In this document: one piece after another, positions 35,809 to 44,931 of the stretch
How the letters are laid out: the number at the start of each line of letters is the position of its first letter
Position numbering within the stretch: the first letter of the stretch is position 1
Translations under genes and position numbers: made by a program
The notes under the pieces: model-generated
Database searches by the model: none
Told to the model about the DNA's origin: nothing
The model's input: the letters and a program-made list of their open reading frames with translations, nothing else
Source: an uncultured Candidatus Binatia bacterium
GTDB lineage: Bacteria > Desulfobacterota > Binatia > Bin18
Length of the DNA stretch: 64,000 nucleotides
Direction: 5' to 3'
Assembly: GCA_965200965.1 (NCBI GenBank)
Contig: OZ241744.1
Span: 3,008,001 to 3,072,000 of the forward strand

Positions 35809-38800
35809 GTGGCTATGGCTTATTCAGACTCCGGTGTCCCTGCCCTGTCACCGACCGCCCAAGACCTGCTGGCCCTGCTGCGGGAGCGCATCCTGCTGTT
35901 TGACGGGGCGATGGGCACGTCGATTCAAGACCTGCACCTCGATGCCGCGGCCTTTGGCGGGCATGAGTACGAAGGCTGCAATGAAAATCTGGTGATGACC
36001 GCCCCGCAGTTCATTGCCGATATCCATACCGGGTTTCTTCAAGCCGGCTCGGACATCATTGAGACAAATACCTTTGGCGCGACGCGCATTGTCCTGGCCG
36101 AATATGGGCTTGAGGACAAGGCTCCGGCGATCAATCAGGCCGCGGCTGAAATCGCCCGGCAGGTGGCCGACCGGCACAGCACCCCGGCCAAACCCCGCTT
36201 TGTGGCCGGCTCAATGGGACCGACGACAAAGACGATCTCAGTGACCGGCGGGGCGACATTTGGCGAGATGCGGGCCGCCTACGCCGAACAGGCCCAAGGA
36301 CTGGTGCGCGGCCACGTTGACCTCCTCATCCTGGAGACCGCTCAGGACGCCCTGAACCTGAAGGCCGGGCTGCTCGGCATTGATGAGGCGTTTTCTGGCC
36401 TTGGCCGGCGCGTCCCGGTGGTTGTGTGTGGCACAATCGAAACGATGGGGACGACCCTGGCCGGTCAGGGCGTTGAGGCGCTGTATGTTTCGCTGGCCCA
36501 CAGGGAACTGCTGGCGATCGGCCTCAACTGCGCGACCGGCCCGGACTTTATGACCGACCACCTGCGCACCCTGGCCCGGCTGTCCCGCTTTCCGGTCGTG
36601 TGTATGCCCAACGCCGGCCTGCCGGATGAAGACGGGCATTACAATGAATCTCCCGAACTCCTGAGCGCCAAGCTGGAGCGCTTTGTTGACCAGGGCTGGG
36701 TGAATATGGTCGGCGGCTGCTGCGGCACCACCCCGGCCCATCTACGGCTCTTGTCTCAGATGCTGGCCGGCAAAAAGCCGCGCCACCACCACGCGCCACG
36801 ACGCAGCGTGGTATGCGGGCTTGAGCCGCTGGTCATTGACGAAGACAAACGCCCGGTCCTGGTTGGAGAACGGACCAATGTGATTGGCTCGCGCAAGTTC
36901 AAACGTCTGATTACCGAAGGGGCGTTTGAGGAGGCGGCAGAGATTGGACGGCGGCAGGTGCGGGGTGGTGCTCAGGTGCTTGATGTGTGTCTGGCCGACC
37001 CGGACCGTGAAGAAAGGGAAGACGTGACGACCTTTTTGGACATGCTGGTCAAAAAGGTCAAAGTCCCGCTGATGATTGACTCGACCGATGCACGGGTCAT
37101 TGAAGCCGCGCTCGAGCGCTGCCAGGGCAAGGCCATCATCAACTCGATTAACCTTGAAGACGGCGAGGAGCGCTTTCAGAAAATCGCCCCCCTGCTCAAA
37201 CGTTACGGCGCGGCCGTGGTAGTCGGCTGCATTGACGAAGACCCTGTTCAGGGCATGGCCGTTACCCGCCAGCGTAAGCTTGAAATTGCCCGGCGCAGCT
37301 ATGAATTGCTGACCCAGCAGTATAGCCTGGAGCCGGAAGACCTGATCTTTGACCTGCTGGTGTTTCCGCTCGGCACCGGCGACCAGAATTATATTGGCGC
37401 TGGACGAGAAACGGTTGAAGGCGTGCGGCTCATCAAAGACGCCTTTCCTGAGTGCAAAACCATCCTCGGCATCAGCAATGTCTCTTTTGGTTTGCCGCCG
37501 GTCGGCCGCGAGGTGCTGAACTCGGTCTTTTTATACGACTGTGTCAAAGCCGGGCTCGATATGGCGATTGTCAACACCGAAAAGCTGGAGCGCTACGCCT
37601 CTATCCCGGAAGAAGAACGGCGGCTGTCAGAGGACTTGATCTACTGGCGGGGCGAGGACCCGGTCGCCGCCTTTGCCGCCCATTTCCGCCAGCGACCAAC
37701 GCGCAACAGGGCGGAGACGGGCCGGGAGCTGCCGCTGGATGAACGTCTGGCTCGGTATATCATTGAGGGATCGAAAGACGGGTTGATTGACGACCTGAAC
37801 AAGGCCCTGTGCGGTAGAACACCGCTCAATATCATTAACGGTCCGCTCATGGCGGGTATGGATGAGGTCGGGCGGCTGTTCAATAACAACGAACTCATCG
37901 TAGCCGAGGTGTTGCAGAGTGCCGAGTCGATGAAGGCGGCGGTTGGCCACCTTGAGCCGTTTATGGAAAAAACCGCCGAAGCGCTCAAGGGGGTGGTCAT
38001 GCTGGCTACGGTCAAGGGTGACGTACACGATATTGGCAAAAATCTGGTCGAGATTATCCTGGGCAATAACGGCTATCGGGTTGTCAATCTGGGCATCAAG
38101 GTCCCGCCGGAAACCCTGATTGATGCCTACCGGGAATATCGTCCCGATATCATCGGGCTGTCCGGTTTGCTGGTCAAATCTGCCCAACAGATGGTGGTGA
38201 CGGCTCAGGACCTGCACAACGCTGGGGTGGAGTGTCCGATGCTGGTTGGCGGGGCCGCTCTGACCGCCCGGTTTACCGCCAGCAGAATTGCCCCGGAGTA
38301 TGCAAACCTGGTCTGTTATGCCAGCGATGCGATGAACGGTCTTGAGTTGGCCAACCGGCTCGTTGATCCCGACAAACGGATCCACCTCGTCCAGAAAATC
38401 GTGGCTGAACAGGAACGTTTGGCTCAGCAGACGGCAAAGCCGCCGCGCGTCGTCGGGAACGGACGGACGGCTCCCCACACGTCCTCGGTGGCCCATGACC
38501 ACCCCATACCAAGTCCGCCAGACCTGCGTTTGCATGTGATTGAGGATCACGACCTTGAAGAGATTTTTGCCTACGTCAATCCGACCATGCTGTACGGCAA
38601 ACACCTGGGGCTCAAGGGCAAGCTCGACACGCTGCTTGAGCAGCAGGATGCGAAGGCCGTGGGTCTGCACACCCGGGTTCGTGTCCTGCAGGATCGGGTC
38701 CTGGCGAAAGGTTTGATGCGCGCCAAGGGGCTCTACAAGTTCTTTCCCGCCCAGTCTGACGGCAATACCTTGCTGGTGTATAACGCGGCGGGCGATCGGG

Positions 38801-39348
38801 TAGTTGAGACCTTCGAGTTTCCGCGCCAATTGCACGGCGAGGGGCTGTGTCTGAGCGACTTTGTTGCCCCGCGAACCGCCGGCCGGATGGATTATATTGC
38901 TCTCTTTGCGGTGACCTGCGGCGGTGGCGTGCGTAAACTGTCAGAACGCTATAAACAGGCTGGGCAGTATTTTGTGTCGCACGCGCTGCAAGCCTTGGCG
39001 ATTGAAAGCGCCGAGGGTTTTGCCGAACTCCTGCACCGCCGGCTGCGCGAGATGTGGGGCTTTGCCGACCCTGCCGACATGACCATGCGCGACCGCTTCA
39101 GAGCGCGCTACCGGGGGGTGCGGGTCAGTTTTGGCTATCCGGCCTGCCCGCGTCTGGAAGACCAGCGCATTCTCTTTCGGCTCTTGCCGGCAACAGAAAC
39201 CATCGGCCTCCAACTCACCGAAGGCTGTATGATGGAGCCCGAGGCATCGGTCTCAGCGCTCGTTTTCCATCATCCTCAGGCGCGTTACTTCAGCATTCTG
39301 GAAGACGAATTGCGTGAGTTTGAGCAAAGGCCGGGCGCGGCTGGCTAA
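35809..39348 (+). CDS. metH: Cobalamin-dependent methionine synthase
   Basis: 1179 aa; 'DGAMGT', 'GGCCGTTP', 'GERTN', B12 motif 'KGDVHDIGKN...SGLL', activation domain 'SFGYPACP'. Confidence 0.97.
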   Translation: MAMAYSDSGVPALSPTAQDLLALLRERILLFDGAMGTSIQDLHLDAAAFGGHEYEGCNENLVMTAPQFIADIHTGFLQAGSDIIETNTFGATRIVLAEYGLEDKAPAINQAAAEIARQVADRHSTPAKPRFVAGSMGPTTKTISVTGGATFGEMRAAYAEQAQGLVRGHVDLLILETAQDALNLKAGLLGIDEAFSGLGRRVPVVVCGTIETMGTTLAGQGVEALYVSLAHRELLAIGLNCATGPDFMTDHLRTLARLSRFPVVCMPNAGLPDEDGHYNESPELLSAKLERFVDQGWVNMVGGCCGTTPAHLRLLSQMLAGKKPRHHHAPRRSVVCGLEPLVIDEDKRPVLVGERTNVIGSRKFKRLITEGAFEEAAEIGRRQVRGGAQVLDVCLADPDREEREDVTTFLDMLVKKVKVPLMIDSTDARVIEAALERCQGKAIINSINLEDGEERFQKIAPLLKRYGAAVVVGCIDEDPVQGMAVTRQRKLEIARRSYELLTQQYSLEPEDLIFDLLVFPLGTGDQNYIGAGRETVEGVRLIKDAFPECKTILGISNVSFGLPPVGREVLNSVFLYDCVKAGLDMAIVNTEKLERYASIPEEERRLSEDLIYWRGEDPVAAFAAHFRQRPTRNRAETGRELPLDERLARYIIEGSKDGLIDDLNKALCGRTPLNIINGPLMAGMDEVGRLFNNNELIVAEVLQSAESMKAAVGHLEPFMEKTAEALKGVVMLATVKGDVHDIGKNLVEIILGNNGYRVVNLGIKVPPETLIDAYREYRPDIIGLSGLLVKSAQQMVVTAQDLHNAGVECPMLVGGAALTARFTASRIAPEYANLVCYASDAMNGLELANRLVDPDKRIHLVQKIVAEQERLAQQTAKPPRVVGNGRTAPHTSSVAHDHPIPSPPDLRLHVIEDHDLEEIFAYVNPTMLYGKHLGLKGKLDTLLEQQDAKAVGLHTRVRVLQDRVLAKGLMRAKGLYKFFPAQSDGNTLLVYNAAGDRVVETFEFPRQLHGEGLCLSDFVAPRTAGRMDYIALFAVTCGGGVRKLSERYKQAGQYFVSHALQALAIESAEGFAELLHRRLREMWGFADPADMTMRDRFRARYRGVRVSFGYPACPRLEDQRILFRLLPATETIGLQLTEGCMMEPEASVSALVFHHPQARYFSILEDELREFEQRPGAAG

Positions 39349-39396
39349 CGCCGGCAGTGCCAGATCAGCCGCTAGGCGGAGCGACCCCGCCTTGTC

Positions 39397-39425
39397 TTGA
39401 CAAAGCCCGGCCACCCGACTAGTCA
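39397..39425 (+). promoter_or_regulatory. Candidate sigma70 promoter for the hydrolase/thiolase operon
   Basis: TTGACA-N17-TAGTCA, ending about 30 nt upstream of ATG 39455. Confidence 0.4.
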
Positions 39426-39454
39426 GGGGGCAGCTTTCTTCCCGAGAGGAGCAT

Positions 39455-40276
39455 ATGCCAACAAAATACGTTGATGTTGACGGCTATGCGGTCCATTACT
39501 TTCACACCGGCCAAACAACCCTGCCCCCAGTCGTTCCAGATGTCAGCCAGGGCAAACTTATCCTGTACATTCACGGGGCGGGCAGCAACGGGCATTTTGC
39601 CCATAAGCTGCTCGATATCCTGTCGGTCAGGCACAGTCCCCTCTCTTTCGATTTTCCGGCCCACGGCCGCTCAAGCGGCATTGACAGCCTGGGCAGCATC
39701 ACCGCCTACAGCGATTTCACCTACAGTTTGTGGCAAACGCTCGGCCTTCGTCCGGCGGTACTGATGGGTCACTCCATGGGCGGAGCGATCGCCATGGACT
39801 TGGCCCTGCGCCGTCCCGAGATGGTCAGTGGCCTGATCCTGAGCTGCACGGCCGCCACATTCAACATTCCGGACGAGCGGGTTGAGACCTGGGCACAGGT
39901 CATGAAAGGCCGCCAGTCCCAGCCGTTTACCAAAGATTCCTGCTCGCCCAAGACGCCGCAAGCAATTGTCCAGGAGGGCTGGATGGAGCAGACTAAGACC
40001 GACCCGCGCGTCCGCCACTTCGATTTGGTGGCGTGCCAACAGGTCGATATGAGGCCCAGACTGAGCGAACTCAGGACACCAGCGCTGATTCTGGCCGGCG
40101 GGGACGATACCGCTACGCCGGTTGCCCAGAGCGAAGAACTACGCGACCAGATTCCCGGTGCCCAGCTCAGGATTATTGAAGATGCCGGCCACTGGCTCCC
40201 AATCGAAAAGCCGCAGGTGGCGTGCGATGCCATTGAGGCGTTTTTCGGCTCATCAGCGCAAGAGGACAGATCATGA
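39455..40276 (+). CDS. Alpha/beta hydrolase
   Basis: 'IHGAG', 'DFPAHGRS', nucleophile 'GHSMGG', 'AGH'. Confidence 0.9.
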   Translation: MPTKYVDVDGYAVHYFHTGQTTLPPVVPDVSQGKLILYIHGAGSNGHFAHKLLDILSVRHSPLSFDFPAHGRSSGIDSLGSITAYSDFTYSLWQTLGLRPAVLMGHSMGGAIAMDLALRRPEMVSGLILSCTAATFNIPDERVETWAQVMKGRQSQPFTKDSCSPKTPQAIVQEGWMEQTKTDPRVRHFDLVACQQVDMRPRLSELRTPALILAGGDDTATPVAQSEELRDQIPGAQLRIIEDAGHWLPIEKPQVACDAIEAFFGSSAQEDRS

Positions 40277-41421
40277 GCATAACAGGAAAAACCGCGGTCG
40301 CCGGCGTATACGAGCATCCGCTCCGCTGGGCACCGCACAAAACCCAGTACCAGCTTATGGCCGAGAGCGCCCGCGGCGCGCTGGACGACGCCGGCCTGAG
40401 GCTGAAAGACGTTGATGGCCTGTTTACCTCTGGGGTAAGCGGGATGGGCATTGTTGCCCTGGCCGAGCACCTGAATCTGAACCCCGATTATCTGGACTCC
40501 AATTCGATTGGCGGCTCGTCTTTTGTGTCACACACCGCCCACGCGGCCGCGGCGATTGCGGCCGGCTACTGCAAGGTTGGTCTGATTCTGTACGGCAGCA
40601 AATGGTCGTCTGACCGGTTTGCGATTGGCACGGCCGGGGGTGGGGCGGGGGATCCGCCCGATCAGCACGAAAACAGCTTCGGACCAACGACGGTCGGGGC
40701 CTATGCCCTGGTTGCCCAGCGCCATATGCACGAGTTTGGGACGACCAGCGAGCAGTTGGCCGAAATCGCCGTGGTCACCAGACGGCACGCCTCGCTCAAT
40801 CCCAAGGCCAAGTTCCGCGATCCCATCACGGTCGAAGATGTGCTGAAATCGCGGCTGGTGTCGTCTCCGCTCCACCTGCTGGACTGCTGCATGATCTCAG
40901 ATGGCGGGGGCGCGCTTGTGGTCACCTCGGCCGAACGCGCCCGTGACCTGAGAAAGAAACCCGTCTACATCCAGGGGGCTGCCGAAGCCTGCTATCACAC
41001 CAGCGCCGGCCGGCGGGACCTGACCGATGCGGCGGCCAAACAGTCCGGCCCCAAGGCCCTGCAGCGGGCGGGCGTGGCGCATAAAGACATCGACATGGCC
41101 ATGATCTATGATTCGTTCACCATCACCGTGTGCGTCACCCTGGAAAGCTTAGGCTTTTGTGGCAAGGGAGAGGGCGGCGCATTTGTCCAGAACGGCCGGA
41201 TTGGGCTGGGCGGTGAGCTGCCGATCAACACCGACGGCGGCGGGCTGTCGTCAAATCATCCTGGCATGCGCGGCATTTTTCTGGTCATCGAAGCCACCAA
41301 ACAGTTGCGTGGCGAGTGCGAAGACCGCCAAGTCCGGGACTGTCAGATGGCGCTCTGCCACGGTACCGGAGGAACCCTGGGGCTGCGGCACAGCGGAGCG
41401 AGTCTGGTGTTGAGTGTGTAA
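40273..41421 (+). CDS. Thiolase-like (SCP2/Ltp2-type) protein
   Basis: 'LLDCCMISDGGGA', 'IYDSFT', 'INTDGGGLS...HPG'; lacks the canonical N-terminal catalytic Cys (GGSS). Confidence 0.88.
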   Translation: MSITGKTAVAGVYEHPLRWAPHKTQYQLMAESARGALDDAGLRLKDVDGLFTSGVSGMGIVALAEHLNLNPDYLDSNSIGGSSFVSHTAHAAAAIAAGYCKVGLILYGSKWSSDRFAIGTAGGGAGDPPDQHENSFGPTTVGAYALVAQRHMHEFGTTSEQLAEIAVVTRRHASLNPKAKFRDPITVEDVLKSRLVSSPLHLLDCCMISDGGGALVVTSAERARDLRKKPVYIQGAAEACYHTSAGRRDLTDAAAKQSGPKALQRAGVAHKDIDMAMIYDSFTITVCVTLESLGFCGKGEGGAFVQNGRIGLGGELPINTDGGGLSSNHPGMRGIFLVIEATKQLRGECEDRQVRDCQMALCHGTGGTLGLRHSGASLVLSV

Positions 41422-41433
41422 GGGAGAGGTGTC

Positions 41434-41949
41434 ATGGCTGAAGAGAAGAAATACCGCAAACCCCTGCCCCGTCTTGACGAGGAAAACCGCCCCTTTTGGG
41501 AAGCCTGCGCCCGGCACGAACTCTATGTCCAGAAATGCCGCAGATGCGGCACAGTCTTGTATTACCCGCGCGCTTTTTGCCCAGAAGACCTGTCCACCGA
41601 CCTCGAATGGATCAAATGCAGTGGCAAGGGGACCGTCTATACCTACACGGCAACCTACCAGAATCAGAGTGCCGGCTTCCGCAACACGCTGCCCTACATC
41701 ATGGCCTATGTCGAGCTGGAAGAAGGCGTGCGCATGTTGACCAATATCGTTGACTGCACCCCCGAAGAGGTCAGCATCGGAATGCCGGTTGAGGTCGCCT
41801 TTGAGGACGCCACGCCGGAGATTTCCATTCCGCTGTTTCGTCCGGTCGGTGACAGAGCCGTCCGGCGGGCTATACGCGCGGGGCGTCTGAACGGTCTGCT
41901 GTCCATTGCCAGACCGGGGCAATTCTGGCACTATAAGTGCCCATATTGA
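41434..41949 (+). CDS. DUF35 Zn-ribbon/OB-fold protein
   Basis: 'PFWEAC...QKCRRCG..YYPRAFCP...SGKGTVYTY...VELEEG..MLTNI...PLFRP'. Confidence 0.9.
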   Translation: MAEEKKYRKPLPRLDEENRPFWEACARHELYVQKCRRCGTVLYYPRAFCPEDLSTDLEWIKCSGKGTVYTYTATYQNQSAGFRNTLPYIMAYVELEEGVRMLTNIVDCTPEEVSIGMPVEVAFEDATPEISIPLFRPVGDRAVRRAIRAGRLNGLLSIARPGQFWHYKCPY

Positions 41950-41988
41950 CCAAAAGCCAGACCATTCGGCAGGCTGGGCAGATACCCT

Positions 41989-42657
41989 ATGGCACATATC
42001 ATTGATCTCCACTCGCACTCCGAAGCCTCAGACGATAGCCGCGCCCCTGTCGAGGCCTACCTCAAATGGCTGGCCCGCAAGCATGAAGAGCGGCCCATTG
42101 ACGGCTTGGTCTTGACCGAGCACCGCAAATTTGATGCCGCCAGCGATTACCGCGCCCTTGAAGACAAATACGGCCTACTCATCCTCAAAGCCTCCGAGGT
42201 TGAGACCGAGTACGGCCATATTCTGATCTATGGGGTCAACGACGATATCCTCAAACGCTTCGATTTCTCCAATGTTCGACTGCCGGCCCAACAGATCATT
42301 ACCGAGGTTGCCCGTATGGGTGGCATTGCCATGCCGTGTCATCCCGGTCGGCCAACCATCGGCCTCATCGAACATTACGAAAAAATGCCCCCGCTCGAAG
42401 GCGTGTGCGGGGTTGAAGCCCTCAATGGAGGTAGTAAAAAAGGCGAAAACGAGCGGGTGGCCGAGTTGATCAACCACTATGGCTACCACGCCTTTGGCGG
42501 CAGCGACTCGCATCTGGTGAGCTTCATCGGCATTTGCGCCACCGAATTTGATCAGGACATCGGCTCTACCGAAGCCCTGGTCACCGCCCTGCGCAGCGGT
42601 GGCTACCGGCCGGTAGACTTTCGGGTGCGCAGAGCCCAGTCCTCAAGCGCAGCCTGA
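41989..42657 (+). CDS. PHP-domain metallohydrolase
   Basis: 'DLHSHS', 'TEH', 'GH', 'HP', 'GGSDSH'. Confidence 0.85.
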   Translation: MAHIIDLHSHSEASDDSRAPVEAYLKWLARKHEERPIDGLVLTEHRKFDAASDYRALEDKYGLLILKASEVETEYGHILIYGVNDDILKRFDFSNVRLPAQQIITEVARMGGIAMPCHPGRPTIGLIEHYEKMPPLEGVCGVEALNGGSKKGENERVAELINHYGYHAFGGSDSHLVSFIGICATEFDQDIGSTEALVTALRSGGYRPVDFRVRRAQSSSAA

Positions 42658-42668
42658 AGGATACGACT

Positions 42669-43112
42669 ATGGCACTCGACTTTGACCGTTCCATCCTGGG
42701 GACCGTCTTTGATGAAACCTTGTTTGTCCCCATTACCAAAGAAGAGATTCTGGAGTTTGCGGCAGCCCTCGGAGAGACCAACCCGCTCTATACAGATGAA
42801 GCCGCGGCGGCTAACGGCCCGTACCGCGGCTTGGTGGCTCCACCGACATTTGTCACCAAGCTGCGTCCGAACAAAATGACGCCCGAGAATATGCCCAAGT
42901 TCGGCAAGGTCGGCTTTGACGGCGGCAGAGACCTCAATGTGTTTGAGCCGGTGCGGCCCGGCGACACGCTCACGATGGTCAGCAAGATTCACGACATCTA
43001 TGAAAAAACAGGGCGCAGCGGCAGCATGTATTTCATTGTCCTGCGCAACGAGGTCAGTAATCAGCACGGTGAAAAAGTGGCCGTGATCGACCATAGGATC
43101 ATGCAGCGATGA
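42669..43112 (+). CDS. MaoC/FAS1-like hotdog dehydratase subunit
   Basis: 'FAAALGETNPLY...APPTF...PVRPGD'. Confidence 0.85.
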   Translation: MALDFDRSILGTVFDETLFVPITKEEILEFAAALGETNPLYTDEAAAANGPYRGLVAPPTFVTKLRPNKMTPENMPKFGKVGFDGGRDLNVFEPVRPGDTLTMVSKIHDIYEKTGRSGSMYFIVLRNEVSNQHGEKVAVIDHRIMQR

Positions 43113-43531
43113 GCAGTTTCTATTTTGAAGATGTCGAAGAGGGCGACGAGTTCCCACCCCTGGACCTGTTTCTGACCAAGGACCAGGTCCGTCGCTATGC
43201 GTGGACCGCCAATATGGATTTTCCGCGCTTTACCGACGACGAGGGGGCTCGCAAGGAGGGCCTGCCCGGCATGATTGCGCCCGGCGTCATGAGCATGGGC
43301 CTGCTGGCGCGGATGATCAGCGACTGGAACCCCGCCGCGCGGATTACCCGTATCGGAACGACATTCCGCAGCCCGGTCCTGCCCGATACACGTCTCCACC
43401 TGTGCGGTGCAGTCACCCAGAAAGACGAACAGACCCATACGGCCGAATGTGATATCTGGATGGAAAACGACGACGCCGAACGCTGGGTCATTGGTACCGC
43501 AACACTTGCCCTGCCGACAAAATCGGCCTGA
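43109..43531 (+). CDS. MaoC family hotdog dehydratase subunit
   Basis: 'YFEDVEEGDE...GLPGMIAPG...FRSPVLP'. Confidence 0.8.
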   Translation: MSSFYFEDVEEGDEFPPLDLFLTKDQVRRYAWTANMDFPRFTDDEGARKEGLPGMIAPGVMSMGLLARMISDWNPAARITRIGTTFRSPVLPDTRLHLCGAVTQKDEQTHTAECDIWMENDDAERWVIGTATLALPTKSA

Positions 43532-43596
43532 TGTTCCTCCCCTGCTTGTCTGCGTCTGAACGTGTATCCCGGGAGAGAGGAAGAGGGGGTCCTCCC

Positions 43597-44328
43597 ATGC
43601 TCAGTCGAATCGTTCTTCCGTCACTCGTGTTGCTGGTGTGTCTGACCCCGGGGCCGACTCCGGCCCAACTCGGCGACGGTCTTGAAGACTCGCTGGACGC
43701 CAGCGCTCAGGTGTACGAAACCTCCCGGCTCGAAACCTTCAACGAAGCCATGTTTGACGTGAACCTGTGGCTGGATGAGAAAGTCATGCGCCCGGTGGCC
43801 AGAGGCTATGAAAGAGTCCTTCCCGCAGGTGCCCGCCTGGGGGTGCAACGCTTCTTTCTCAACCTGGGCGTCCTGCCCCGGTTCGCCAACAGCCTCTTGC
43901 AGTTCAAATTCAACGGGGCGGCGCGAGAAGTGAGCCGCTTTATGGTCAATACCACGGTCGGCGGACTCGGCTTCTTTGACGTGGCCAAGACCCAGTTCGG
44001 GCTTCAGGAGAGCAACGAAGACTTCGGCCAGACGCTGGGCTCTTACGGCCTGGAAGGCGGGGCCTATCTCGTGCTGCCATTCCTTGGTCCGTCAACCGTC
44101 CGTGACGCTGTGGGCTTTGTGGTGGATGGGGCGATGGACCCTAAACAGTATATCCTGCCTGGCACCCACAATCTTGCGGTCAGCACTGGAACGACCGTCA
44201 CCAACGCCGTCAACGACCGATCGTTGAACCTGGAGTTGTTTGAGCAGGTTGATCGCTTCTCGCTCGACCTCTACAGCGCCGCCCAGGACTTCTACCTGCA
44301 ACGCCGAGAGCAGCAGATCGAGGAATAG
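43597..44328 (+). CDS. MlaA/VacJ family protein
   Basis: 'LETFNEAMFDVN', 'RFMVNTTVGGLGFFDVA', 'EDFGQTLG', 'YLVLPFLGPSTVRD'. Confidence 0.9.
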   Translation: MLSRIVLPSLVLLVCLTPGPTPAQLGDGLEDSLDASAQVYETSRLETFNEAMFDVNLWLDEKVMRPVARGYERVLPAGARLGVQRFFLNLGVLPRFANSLLQFKFNGAAREVSRFMVNTTVGGLGFFDVAKTQFGLQESNEDFGQTLGSYGLEGGAYLVLPFLGPSTVRDAVGFVVDGAMDPKQYILPGTHNLAVSTGTTVTNAVNDRSLNLELFEQVDRFSLDLYSAAQDFYLQRREQQIEE

Positions 44329-44333
44329 CAGCC

Positions 44334-44924
44334 ATGCCATATCGCCGACACGCTCTGTGCTTCGCCTTGGGTCTGGCGCTGGCCTGGGCTGGGCCGGCTC
44401 AGGCCGAGACCCCGACCCACATGACCCGGCAGTTGCTTGAGTCTATTATTGCCTGCACAGAAACGAACGGAGCCCAGCCGAGCGGCTGTGATGTGGAAAA
44501 AATTGAGGACCATCTGGCCCTCGCCCAACTCGCCCGCTGGCTGATGGGCCCCCACTGGCAGGACCTCGGCCAGGACAAGCAGGACGATTTCGTCGCCCTG
44601 CTCGCCCACCTGCTGCGCGATGTCGCCTATCCCCGCGCCGCCGCATTCCTCTCCAGCCACCAGATTGTGTACGGCCACAACCGCGTTGAGGGCAAGGAGG
44701 CCAGTGTGGAAACCTTGCTCGTCAACGCCGAAGAGGGCCAAGTCGCCATCACCTATCGCCTGCACCTCATTGACGACCGCTGGAAGGTCTGGGATGTGCA
44801 TCTTGACGGGGTAAGCATGGCCGGCAACCTGCGCAAACAGGTGCAATCCATCATGGCCCGCACATCCTACGAGGAGTTGGTCAGGCGCATGAAGGACAAA
44901 CTCACCTGGGACGGGCCGGGGTAA
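44334..44924 (+). CDS. hpnM: HpnM/MlaC (Ttg2D) family periplasmic lipid-binding protein
   Basis: 'ITYRL...WKVWDVHLDGVS...QVQSI'; lies between mlaA-like and hpnN. Confidence 0.75.
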   Translation: MPYRRHALCFALGLALAWAGPAQAETPTHMTRQLLESIIACTETNGAQPSGCDVEKIEDHLALAQLARWLMGPHWQDLGQDKQDDFVALLAHLLRDVAYPRAAAFLSSHQIVYGHNRVEGKEASVETLLVNAEEGQVAITYRLHLIDDRWKVWDVHLDGVSMAGNLRKQVQSIMARTSYEELVRRMKDKLTWDGPG

Positions 44925-44931
44925 GCGCCAA

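Noticed and set aside
41850-41949. Extra C-terminal tail on the DUF35 protein as a new domain
   Set aside because: The family normally ends just after 'PLFRP'; the tail looks like read-through of intergenic DNA after a lost stop
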